Positions 44,339-54,572 of a DNA stretch of 64,000 bases are shown piece by piece (the first letter of the stretch is position 1; every line of letters begins with the position of its first letter). Origin of the DNA: a virus (taxonomy: Duplodnaviria; Caudoviricetes); the IMG/VR virus record IMGVR_UViG_3300032275_000001, positions 1 to 64,000 of that record. The stretch is one strand, 5' to 3'. The notes under the pieces were generated by a model. It was not told the origin of the DNA. It worked only from the letters and a program-made list of their open reading frames with translations, and did no database searches. The position numbers and the translations under genes were made by a program.

Positions 44339-46924
44339 ATGATAATTAGATACACAAAAGACGCTACCATACGGTATGCCTACTTAAACATCTTTCCTGA
44401 TCAGTTCAAGACAGAGAAGGAGAAACAAGATGAGAGCTGGATTAAGAACACCATGGATTATTTTTCCAACAAGGCTTATGCTGAATACATAAAGAATAGA
44501 GATACGTTTGTAAAAAACTATGATCTTATGAAGGGGATTCTGCGTATGGAAGATTTCTATCAGGAACCAGAGGTGAGAAGCTTTACAGATGTACTTACAG
44601 CAGATCTAGAACTTCCAGCTTATGTAAAACATTATTCTATTGTAACAACACCTATTAATGAGTTAGTAGGAGAGATATCAAAAAGACCTGATACATTCAG
44701 AGTGAAAGCTTTTGATGATGATAGTAAAGCAGAAGAACTTCAGTTCAAAACCGATACATTACAAGAATATGTAATCAATCAAGTGAAGCAACAACTAACT
44801 GCAAAAGCTGCAATGCAAGGAGAAGAAATTGATCCTGAGCAACTAGATCAGATGACTATGGAACAAGTTAAAGATCAACTTGATAGTTATACATCCATAG
44901 CTGAGAAGTGGGCTAACCATGTTCTTACATGTCAGAAAGCTGAATTCAATCTTAAAGAAAAGAGTGAGGATGCATTTAGAGATATGTTAATATCTGCTAG
45001 AGAGTTCTATCATATATATGAAGACAACTCTAAGTTAGGATTTAACATAGAGGTGGCTAATCCAAAAAATACTTGGTATCTATCTACACCAGATAGAAAA
45101 TATATATCAGATCCAACAGGTAGAGCACAAGGTGCATATGCTGCTGGTACTGTGACAGTTATGGAACTATCTGAGATTATTGAATCTGTTCCTGATCTTA
45201 CTAAAGAAGAAATAGATCACCTCAGATCATCATTACAAGATTATGGACTAATCAATGTACGTGAATCTAATCTTGGTAATCCTAATGCTCCAGAAGGTAT
45301 TGACTCTGTAAACTATGATACATTTGACCCTCTTGTATTACAAACAAGAATGATGATAGAGAGTGAGATGAAGGAGAACAATGATGGACTTAAAGATTTC
45401 TTAGGTCTTACTAATAATGTAAGTTCATTTGGATATAAATATGTTGTTGTAAGAAGCTATTGGATATCTAAAAAGAAAATAGGTAAGTTGATTTATATAG
45501 ATGAAATGGGTAACGAGCAATCAATGCTTGTTGATGAATCGTATAAATCAGGAACTATTCCGACACAAGAATCATTAGAATGGGGATGGATTAACCAATG
45601 GTACCAAGGAACTAAGATTGGTCCAGACATTTATCACATTAAACCATTTAAGTTATTAAACTACTGTCCTATCATAGGCATTGTGCATGAGGTGAAGAAT
45701 ACAGAGGCTAAATCTCTTGTTGATCTCATGAAGCCTTTCCAAGTAATATATAATGTATGTATGAACCAACTTTACAAACTACTTGAGAAAGAAGTTGGTA
45801 AGGTGCAGCTTATGTCATTAAGACACATTCCTATTCCTAAAGATGGAGATGCACAAGATGCCTTAGACATATGGGAAATGGAAGCACGTAATAGAGGAGT
45901 GGTATTTATTGATGATAGTCCAGAGAACATGAAGAGCCCTAGCTCATTCAATCAATTTACAGCTCTTGACCTTACACGTACACAGGAGATACAATCTAGA
46001 TATAATCTTGCTATGCAGATTAAACAAGAGTGTTGGGAACTTGTAGGTATGTCTAAACAACGTATGGGATCTGTTTCTGCTTCTGAATCAGCTACAGGTA
46101 CAAACACTGCTATGCAACAGAGTTATTCTCAAACAGAGCCTCTATTCGTGGCTCATGAATATGTAATGGGTCAATTGTATCAGAGTATTATAGATGCTGC
46201 TTTATATGTAGAATCATCTAAACCACAATCCACTCTATCATATATTACATCTGAAGGAGAATCTGCATTTGTACAAGTGAATGGAACAGATCTTAGATTT
46301 AGAGATTTGAAAGTGTTCCTTACTAACAGACCAGAAGATACACAAATGTTTAATGAGCTTAGACAATTGTCTCAAGCTATTATACAGAATGGTGGCACAC
46401 TTTATGATGTTGTTGAACTATACAGTTCTAAATCACAAAGAGATCTTAAGAAAACATTCAAAGATCTTAGAGATAGACAAATTGCACAGCAAGAACAAGC
46501 TCAGCAATTACAACAGCAACAACAACAAGCTCAAGAGCAACAAGCTCAAGCTCAACAACAGTTTGCTATACAACAACATCAAGAACAACTTGCTCATGAT
46601 GATTATCAAAAAGAACTTGATAGACTATCTAAAGAAAAGATTGCCATCATTGCTGCTACTGGATATGGTAATATTGAGAGTGAAGATGTTAATGCTAATG
46701 CTATTCCTGATGTAATGGAGATGAGTAGATTAGCTCATGACCAAGAGAAAGCTTCTAAAGACTATGGATTAAAAATGGCTGATATTCAATCTAAGAATAA
46801 ACAAGCTAGTGATAAAATGTCTATAGAAAAAGAAAAATTAGCAGTGCAAAGAGAGAATATGGCAAATGATGAAAAAATAGCAAAGATAAATGCAAGCAAT
46901 AGAGCAAATAAAACAAAGAAATAA
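44339..46924 (+). CDS. portal protein
   Basis: 861 aa after terL. HYSIVTTPINELVGE, SLVDLMKPFQ..YN, ELVGMSKQRMG and a Q-rich coiled coil. Confidence 0.85.
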   Translation: MIIRYTKDATIRYAYLNIFPDQFKTEKEKQDESWIKNTMDYFSNKAYAEYIKNRDTFVKNYDLMKGILRMEDFYQEPEVRSFTDVLTADLELPAYVKHYSIVTTPINELVGEISKRPDTFRVKAFDDDSKAEELQFKTDTLQEYVINQVKQQLTAKAAMQGEEIDPEQLDQMTMEQVKDQLDSYTSIAEKWANHVLTCQKAEFNLKEKSEDAFRDMLISAREFYHIYEDNSKLGFNIEVANPKNTWYLSTPDRKYISDPTGRAQGAYAAGTVTVMELSEIIESVPDLTKEEIDHLRSSLQDYGLINVRESNLGNPNAPEGIDSVNYDTFDPLVLQTRMMIESEMKENNDGLKDFLGLTNNVSSFGYKYVVVRSYWISKKKIGKLIYIDEMGNEQSMLVDESYKSGTIPTQESLEWGWINQWYQGTKIGPDIYHIKPFKLLNYCPIIGIVHEVKNTEAKSLVDLMKPFQVIYNVCMNQLYKLLEKEVGKVQLMSLRHIPIPKDGDAQDALDIWEMEARNRGVVFIDDSPENMKSPSSFNQFTALDLTRTQEIQSRYNLAMQIKQECWELVGMSKQRMGSVSASESATGTNTAMQQSYSQTEPLFVAHEYVMGQLYQSIIDAALYVESSKPQSTLSYITSEGESAFVQVNGTDLRFRDLKVFLTNRPEDTQMFNELRQLSQAIIQNGGTLYDVVELYSSKSQRDLKKTFKDLRDRQIAQQEQAQQLQQQQQQAQEQQAQAQQQFAIQQHQEQLAHDDYQKELDRLSKEKIAIIAATGYGNIESEDVNANAIPDVMEMSRLAHDQEKASKDYGLKMADIQSKNKQASDKMSIEKEKLAVQRENMANDEKIAKINASNRANKTKK

Positions 46925-47627
46925 AAAAGGTTTAATTTATAAAATAAACTTAAGTGATAAATTTATTATAGGAAGTACTATAAATTATAAAGAAAGAGTA
47001 TATCACCATAAGTATTGTTTAATAAATAATAAACATTGTAATAAACCATTACAGTCATTATATAATAAATTAGATAATAAAAATATTAGCTTTGAAATAT
47101 TACAAGAAGATATTCCAGAAATTATTTTACAATATGTAGAGGATATTTGGATAGGTGCAAGTTGTAGTAAAATACAAGATAAAAAACAAGGTTTAAATAT
47201 AATAGACGGTTCTAGGATTTCTTATACAAAAGAAATGATAGAACATAAAAGAATTATACAAACTGAAAAAATGAAAAATCTTTCAGTAGAAGATAAAAAA
47301 CAAATATATATAAAAGGACAACTTACTAAAAAAGTAAAAATTATAGAAATAGGAGAAAATATATCAAAAGGTAGAAAAAATAATGCAAAGTTTAACTGGG
47401 ATAATAATCAAACAAAACCTGTTACTCAGTTAACAAAAGATGACATAGTTATCAATACATGGTCTTCTGCTTATCAAGTGCAAAAAGAATTAGGTTTTAG
47501 TTCTTCTAAAATCAGTGCTGTTTGTAGAAATAAATATAATTTAAAAACACATAATAACTATAAATGGAGATTCTCTACAATAGAAGAAATAGAAAATGCT
47601 AAAGGACGTAATAACAAAAAAGGTTAA
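46890..47627 (+). CDS. GIY-YIG-like endonuclease with NUMOD1, fused to a portal-like tail
   Basis: GLIYKI...FIIGST..R...H, KPVTQLTKD...WSS...ISAVC...YKWRF, ending ENAKGRNNKKG. Confidence 0.8.
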   Translation: MQAIEQIKQRNKKGLIYKINLSDKFIIGSTINYKERVYHHKYCLINNKHCNKPLQSLYNKLDNKNISFEILQEDIPEIILQYVEDIWIGASCSKIQDKKQGLNIIDGSRISYTKEMIEHKRIIQTEKMKNLSVEDKKQIYIKGQLTKKVKIIEIGENISKGRKNNAKFNWDNNQTKPVTQLTKDDIVINTWSSAYQVQKELGFSSSKISAVCRNKYNLKTHNNYKWRFSTIEEIENAKGRNNKKG

Positions 47628-47770
47628 AAAACTTCTCCTCTTCGGGGGAGATAAAAATATTAATGCTATATTATCAACAAAATTGAATCACATTGGCTGA
47701 TAATGCTTTGATATTCAAAACTCTTATTATACATTTACACTAAATAAACCAAACACAAATACAACTACAT

Positions 47771-49033
47771 ATGGCTGACAATTTAGAAACTATGGGAAAC
47801 TTTAGTATCCAAGATACTATGGAAATGGGAATGGGTAACCAAGAACTATTAAATGACTTGTTTTCTCCTGAAACAGCATCCTCTAATCCAGAAGATGTAA
47901 CTCCTATTATCAATGAGGCTGATGCACCTGCTGCACCTGCTAAACCAGAAGTTCCAAAAGGTAAGGACATTGTTCCTCCAAAGAGCGTTGATGGTAAAAC
48001 AGATGAAGAGAAACTAGAAGGTCAATCAATGATCTCTGATTTCTTAAGTGATAACCCTGATGATGAAGAGGAAGACGCTCCAGTATCAAAAGTTGCAAAA
48101 TCTGCAACAGTTGATAATGATGATGAATCTGATGAACCAGAAACAACTCAGTTCACAGCTCTTGCTAATGATCTATATAAACTAGGAGTGTTCACATCTG
48201 AAGATGATGATGATGATCAAGAACCAGTAACTACAGCAGAAGAGTTTTTAGAAAGATTCAATGCTGAGAAGAAAAAAGGTGCTAGTGAAATAGTACAAAA
48301 CTTCATAGGACAATTTGGAGAAGATTATCAAGAAGCGTTTGATGCCATATTTGTAAAAGGAGTTGATCCAAAAGATTACTTCACTACATATAATACTGTT
48401 GTTGGATTTGCTGAGATGGATCTTTCTGATGAGACCAATCAAGTTAGAATAATGAAACAAGCTCTAACTAATCAAGGGTTTGATCCAGAAGATATAGAAA
48501 CAGAAGTTGAAAGACTTAAAAACTACGGTGACTTAGAAAGCGTTGCAACTAAACATCACAAGGTGTTGGTTAAAAAAGAAGCAGCTAAGTTACAAGAATT
48601 AGAAGCTAAATCTGCAGCTGAGCTACAACAAAAAGCTCAAGTCAGAAATCAATATATAAGCAATGTGCAATCCATCTTAAATGATAAGGTGAAAGCAAAA
48701 GAGTTTGATGGTATTCCTATCAATCCAAAATTAGCAACAGAACTACAAGACTTCTTATTAGTAGATAAGTGGAAAACTCCATCAGGAGAAACTCTTACAG
48801 ACTTTGATCGTGCTATTCTTGATATGAAAAGACCTGAGAACCACGCAATGAAAGTTAAGGTGGGACTTCTTTTAAAGATGTTAGAAAAAGATCCTACATT
48901 ATCAACTATACAAAGAACAGGCGTTACAAAGAAATCTAACGAACTGTTTGGAGAAGTTGCAAGACAAGTTACCAAAGCTAAGAGCACTGGTACAGGAACA
49001 AGTAGTGTTAATACAAAATCGTGGTTTCAATAA
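47771..49033 (+). CDS. putative capsid scaffolding protein
   Basis: Acidic, low-complexity N-terminal half and helical C-terminal half, between portal and capsid. Confidence 0.55.
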   Translation: MADNLETMGNFSIQDTMEMGMGNQELLNDLFSPETASSNPEDVTPIINEADAPAAPAKPEVPKGKDIVPPKSVDGKTDEEKLEGQSMISDFLSDNPDDEEEDAPVSKVAKSATVDNDDESDEPETTQFTALANDLYKLGVFTSEDDDDDQEPVTTAEEFLERFNAEKKKGASEIVQNFIGQFGEDYQEAFDAIFVKGVDPKDYFTTYNTVVGFAEMDLSDETNQVRIMKQALTNQGFDPEDIETEVERLKNYGDLESVATKHHKVLVKKEAAKLQELEAKSAAELQQKAQVRNQYISNVQSILNDKVKAKEFDGIPINPKLATELQDFLLVDKWKTPSGETLTDFDRAILDMKRPENHAMKVKVGLLLKMLEKDPTLSTIQRTGVTKKSNELFGEVARQVTKAKSTGTGTSSVNTKSWFQ

Positions 49034-49062
49034 CAAATTAATAATTAATAAATTCAAATAAA

Positions 49063-50625
49063 ATGGCAGTTCAAACAATCCCTGGGTTAACTGGTTTTAC
49101 TTATGCTCGTGTAGCGTCTATGGACAAGCGTGCAGTAGGTAAACTTACAGACTCGAATCACTTGGAAAGTTTTCACTCTACTGAGCCTGCGGACTATGAT
49201 AAAAAAATCATCAGTCTTTATACCCAGAGTTCATTGTACAGTAATGACTTTCTTGACATGATTAACAAAAGCACACCTTATTACATAGATAATAATAGTG
49301 ATGCCTGGAAATGGCAAGTATCAGTTCCTTACAAATTCCCAAAAATTATTGACATCCCTGCTTCTACGCAAGATTTAATTGCAACTGGAAAAACAGGTAT
49401 TGATGGTCAAGAATTCCAATTAGTATTAGATACTAATGAGTTCTCTAAAAACGCTATCATCTCTGTAGGTACACGTCAATATGGTCCACGTTTCTACGTG
49501 ATCAAAGATCCTATGCCTTGGAATGCAGGATATTTGTATTCATTCACTCTTGTGACTGACAATCCTACTATCGATTTCGTTAATCCTTTATTCTTACAAT
49601 ATGGTATCGAACTTGAATTAGTTGATGCAGCTATTGGAGAATTTGATCAAGACTTATTAGGTCTTCCAAGATTAGGTGAGCAAATCACAATGTTCGAATC
49701 TTTAGGTTCTGGATATGGATATGAGCACAAAATTACAGAATGGGCTGATGATAAAATGATGGTTGATGCTTCAGGTAAACCTCTTGACATTTTAGTATAT
49801 GCTCCCCAAAGACGTAACCAATTACCGCTTACACGTAATGATGTTAAATGGGAACCGTTCATTGAGTTCTGGATGCGTAAATCTATGTTGGAATTGAAAG
49901 TTAAACGTATGATCTGGGCTAAACCAGGTACAGTTAAAACTAACGGTTCTAAACAAGAAGTTAAACGTACATCTGCAGGTGTTTACCACAGAATGCGTAA
50001 CAATGGTAACTTAGTACAATATAACAGAGGTGAATTCTCTGCTAACTTGATTCGTTCAGTATTTGGTGATCTTTTCTACAGAAGAGTGGATGTTAAAGAC
50101 AGACGAGTTAAAATGTACACTAACGAAGCTGGATTCGATGTATTCCAACAAGCTTTGAAAACTGATGCATTAAATTCAGGTCTTACTTTTATGGCAGATT
50201 CTGGAAACAGATACATGCAAGGTGAAGGACAACATATCACTTACAACTTTGCATTTGATGCAATGGTTACACGTGAGACTGGTCGTGTTGAACTTATTCA
50301 CTTGAAAGAATTAGATTTACCACAAACTAACCTAGAGTTTGGACAAAACAAAAAATCTACTCCAGTATTTATGGTGTTTGATGTTTCTCCAATGGGTGAT
50401 GGTTCTATGGTAAATAACATTAGAGAAGTGAGAATGAAAGGTGCTCCTTCTATGACTTGGGGTTATATTGATGGTACTCGTCACCACTTAGGTTTTGCTA
50501 AGTCTCAAGGTATGAGTTCAGCTAACAAATTCCCAGGATACGAAATCTGGATGAAGGACAGATGTGATGTATTTATTGAAGATTTATCAAGAACTGTGTT
50601 GATTGAGGAAATCCCACAATTCTAA
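49063..50625 (+). CDS. major capsid protein
   Basis: 520 aa with strongly biased codons. LTDSNHL near the start, YTNEAG, and a DVFIEDLSRTVLIE end, in the crAss-like position. Confidence 0.85.
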   Translation: MAVQTIPGLTGFTYARVASMDKRAVGKLTDSNHLESFHSTEPADYDKKIISLYTQSSLYSNDFLDMINKSTPYYIDNNSDAWKWQVSVPYKFPKIIDIPASTQDLIATGKTGIDGQEFQLVLDTNEFSKNAIISVGTRQYGPRFYVIKDPMPWNAGYLYSFTLVTDNPTIDFVNPLFLQYGIELELVDAAIGEFDQDLLGLPRLGEQITMFESLGSGYGYEHKITEWADDKMMVDASGKPLDILVYAPQRRNQLPLTRNDVKWEPFIEFWMRKSMLELKVKRMIWAKPGTVKTNGSKQEVKRTSAGVYHRMRNNGNLVQYNRGEFSANLIRSVFGDLFYRRVDVKDRRVKMYTNEAGFDVFQQALKTDALNSGLTFMADSGNRYMQGEGQHITYNFAFDAMVTRETGRVELIHLKELDLPQTNLEFGQNKKSTPVFMVFDVSPMGDGSMVNNIREVRMKGAPSMTWGYIDGTRHHLGFAKSQGMSSANKFPGYEIWMKDRCDVFIEDLSRTVLIEEIPQF

Positions 50626-50790
50626 TAATAATAGTAGTTGTATTGCTTCCCATTATAGAACAGCATACATCTCTTTTTTCCGAGAAGAATCCCCTCACCT
50701 CCTCTCCCTCCTAGAGGGGAAGCTTCTCAAATTAGAGTGATGGATTGTGGTGTCCACAGTCGCATTCCATTCAATTGGAACACTCTGCAA

Positions 50791-50861
50791 GGCGGTTTAG
50801 TGTAATTGGTAGCATATCGGGCTCATAACCCAATGGCCAGGTTCGAGTCCTGAATCCGCAA
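50791..50861 (+). tRNA. tRNA-Met(CAT), initiator-like, degenerate
   Basis: Cloverleaf with CTCATAA loop, GGG/CCC in the anticodon stem, GGTTCGAGTCC T-arm and a 1:72 mismatch. Additional stem mismatches; CCA not encoded. Confidence 0.7.
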
Positions 50862-50896
50862 CTAAAATAAACCAAATAAATTAAATTAACTACATT

Positions 50897-53800
50897 ATGG
50901 GTAAGACTGGAAAAATCTCTACGATCAAACGTGAGTATAATAGTTCGCAATTGCAAACAATGGACAGTGGGCTAGCACAAAAAGGAATGACAAGAATCCC
51001 TGGAACAGGAGTATTCAAATATCCTTACAAAGAATTAGATGGTAAGTACAGAACAGGATTAGATCCTACTGCTTCATATATCAGAAGAATTTCAGATCCT
51101 CTAGAAAAAGAGTTAGAAATTGAGAGAGTTACTAAACTTAAGGCTAAGCTTGAGTATGATTTAGGAGATATTGATTTAGGACCTCGTTCACAATTCTGGA
51201 ACTATGGGCTATCAACTTCTACAGATGACCAGACTCACGTACAATCTGTTAAATTAATGGATGGTGATAACTTCTTTGATCTATCAGTTCCTTTTCAAGA
51301 GATAGCCTTTTCATGGTTAAGAGTACATCCAACAATTGCATCAAGTCACCAAGCTTGGGAAAGAGGTGAGTATCCAGCAGAGACACAGTTCTATGTTGTA
51401 GATGATGAGATTGAGAATGCAGTTATATACAAGAAAAAACAATTGATTAACAAAGCAATTGTTATGTTTGATTCAATGACTCCTGAAAAGAAAAAGAAAG
51501 TTGCAAGACTTTTAGGACTTCCAGTAACAGAAGAAACCAAAGAAGAAGTTGTTTACAATCAAGTAGATAACGTATTGAAACAAACAGAATTTAAGAATGG
51601 AAAATATTTAGGATTAAATCCAGTTGAAGTGTTCAATAGATTTGCTAATATGAAAGATGACTTACTCCATATTAAAGATTTAGTTAAACAAGCAACAGCA
51701 CATTCAGTATATAGAATCAAACCTAATGGTAAGATATATGAAGGTGAATATGAAGTGGCAAAAGATGAAGATGACTTAGTTAGATTCTTAGCTGATGATG
51801 ATAACCAAGATGAGTTGTTGATATTAGAAGGTAAATTAAAAACTAAAAAACTAGCTTCTGTTTAAGGGGCTAGTTTTAAAAATATAAAAGCATATGATCC
51901 CAGTAGATAGTTTATTATATAAAGTAGATCAAAGACTAAATAAACTATCAACTAATGAGCACCAACAGATTCAATTAGAAGATAAGATTTTAGCTTTGAA
52001 CGAAGCTCAGATTAAGTTGATAAAACAAAAGATTGATGGTATAAGTGTTACTAGTGGATTAGGAATGGATTCTTTTAAAAAGCGTTACGAAGATTTACAA
52101 AGCTTAGTAATGAATTATAATCACCAACCTTTAACATTAACATTAAAAGATCGTGATTTGAATCAATGGGCTGCTAACATTCATTTACTTGAACCTAAGT
52201 ATATGTTTTATGTTGACAGTTATGCATTAGCTGATAAAGGTAGATGTAAAGATAGAAAGATATGGATTAACCGAGATCTTGCTAAACATGGTGATCTTCA
52301 ATTCATATTAAACAATGAGCATTACAAACCTTCATTTGAGTACCAAGAAACATTTAACTTCTTAGCATCGGATGAAATCTCAATTTTTACTGATGGTACC
52401 TTTACCCCTAAGAATCTACAAATAATGTATATGAGATATCCTCTTTATATTAATAAAACAGGATATATAATGTTAGATGGTAATCCATCATTTGATCAAG
52501 ACTGTGAGCTTGAAACATACTTAGAAGATGAACTTCTAGATCTTACAGTTCAGAATCTAGCAATGTATACTGAAAACTCTGCTGCAGTACAAAGTGCACA
52601 GTTCAGAATACAAACAAACGAATAAACTATTAATTTAAATAAATAAACAATGGCTGATTTTTCATTAACCACGTTATTCGTGGTTCCAGTAGGGCAAGCA
52701 ACGATCCCTAGCTCTGGTACGAGTTCAACACAAGACCTTACTGCAGGTATTGTGGGCATTTTTAGCAACAACTATGTTCCTGTTAATTCAGGTACAATTG
52801 CTGCTTCTCCTTATTTCTACATTGCACAAGGAAGAGAAAACACTTACCTTCAAGGTTCTAAAAGATCTGATAAGATATCAGGTAAAAACAATGCTGGTAC
52901 AGGAAGTAATGTAACTGAATGGTACAAAGTAACAGGATGCCCAACTGCGGCAAACCAAATTACTGATGTAACTAACTTCTCTGCACAATGTGGTGATACA
53001 ATCACACTTACACTTCGTGCTGACAGTTCTTACCTTAGAACTCTTTATTTCAACGGATTTACACGTTCAGTAACTATTCAAGCACCTTGTTGTGATTGTG
53101 GTGATGATCCATGTGTTGATGTTGATGTAAATGATTTGATTAATCAATTCATTGCAAAATTAACTGCACAAGCTCCTGGTATCAATCCTGACAACATTAG
53201 CTTGAACAACTTCTACACATTTGAAAATTTTGATGGAACTACTCTGCGTATTACAGGAAAACCTTTAACTCAATATGGACAACCATGTGATGTTGCTGCG
53301 TTCCCTTTTGAATATGACAGAATGACTTTTAGAACTTTTGTATATGCTGGCCCAGCTACTACTGCTGACTTCATTGTTGCAGATTCTTGTAACATTGTTG
53401 CTAATGCTGTCATCACTCAACGTTCTTCTTATGCTTCAGGACAAGCTGCAGAATTTATCCAATTGGAGAAAAACTTCTATAGCTACCAAGCTGGTTACTT
53501 GAAACACCTTTACAGAATGAATGGTTACAATGAGAACTTTGAGTCTTATGTTTCTGCTGGTAAAACTTATAATTCATTCTATATCAAATTTAATGAATAT
53601 GATAAGTCTGCTTACCAATGGGGTGATTATATCCAAGAAGATTCTACAGTGATTATTGCTATCCCTCAAGGTGGTTATGATCTTACTAGTGACTTCCAAG
53701 ATATTTTAGAAGCTGCTTTAGGAACTGTTACAGATGGTAATGATTGTGTAATCACAACCACTACTACATCAACTGCTGCTCCTAGTACAACAACAACATC

Positions 53801-54475
53801 TTCTACTAACATTCCTTAAGGATAAGTAGAAAATAATAAATTCCTAGTATCAAGGGGAGATGAGTTAACAAACGCTCTCTCCCCTTTTTATTAACCTTCA
53901 AAAACAAAATCATGGCAGATTTAAAATTAGATATAATTGTAGTACCTACATATAGTACATTGACACTTGGAGTGATGGACGCTTCAACCTATCCAACAGA
54001 TCCACCAGATGTTGAGAGCCCATCTATAAAGATAACTGTTCCTGGATTTGGTGATACAACATTACCATTTGATATAAATTCATTTAATTTATATACCACT
54101 GCAAATCTTGGGATTACTGAAGTGGGTAGCGAACAACCTCTACCTGATGGAATATATAGATTACGTTATTCTATTGCACCAGCATATTTAAACTTTGTAG
54201 AAAGAACAATAATGCGTACAGAAAGAATACAAGAGAAGTTTGATAGAGCTTTTCTTCAATTGGATTTAATGGAATGTGATAGAGCAATTAAAACACAATC
54301 TACCGTTACATTAAACACAATCAACTTTTTTATACAAGGATCAATTGCTGCAGGTAATAACTGTGCTGAATATGAGGCAACTAGATTATATAATCAAGCA
54401 GATAATATGTTAAATAGTTTTTTAAAATCTAACTGTGGTTGTTCAGGTAACAACTATCAAATTAATTTTAATTAA
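50897..54475 (+). CDS. virion/structural genes (50897-51865, 51894-52625 ring/adaptor-like, 52650-53819 capsid-accessory-like, 53912-54475)
   Basis: Order after the capsid gene as in crAss-like phages. LNEAQ and YMRYP motifs in 51894-52625; biased codons in 52650-53819. Confidence 0.6.
53852..53889 (+). terminator. intrinsic terminator
   Basis: AAGGGGAGA...TCTCCCCTT followed by TTT. Confidence 0.7.
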
Positions 54476-54477
54476 TC

Positions 54478-54567
54478 ATGGCACAATGTAATTCATGTGG
54501 AGCTAATGTAGGATGTGGATGTCAATTAAAAAATGGACTATGCGCTACATGCGCAGCTAAAAAATAA
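54478..54567 (+). CDS. 29-aa Cys-rich peptide
   Basis: MAQCNSCGANVGCGCQLKNGLCATCAAKK*; fills the gap between two genes. Confidence 0.6.
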   Translation: MAQCNSCGANVGCGCQLKNGLCATCAAKK

Positions 54568-54572
54568 TAAAT

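Noticed and set aside
41765-46924. Inteins or introns in terminase or portal
   Set aside because: The ORFs are continuous, with no C...HN-C/S/T intein ends or group I core motifs. The nucleases here are free-standing.
46886-47627. Ribosomal bypass (T4 gene 60-like) joining portal to the downstream tail
   Set aside because: The portal already has a complete homologous tail and stop, no take-off hairpin is evident, and the gap is about 700 nt. Tail replacement is the simpler explanation.
40948-50899. AACTACAT(T)ATG before three late-gene starts (40960, 47771, 50897) as a dedicated regulatory motif
   Set aside because: Only three short A/C-rich instances, compatible with ordinary SD-less Bacteroidetes initiation regions. 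Not enough to call.
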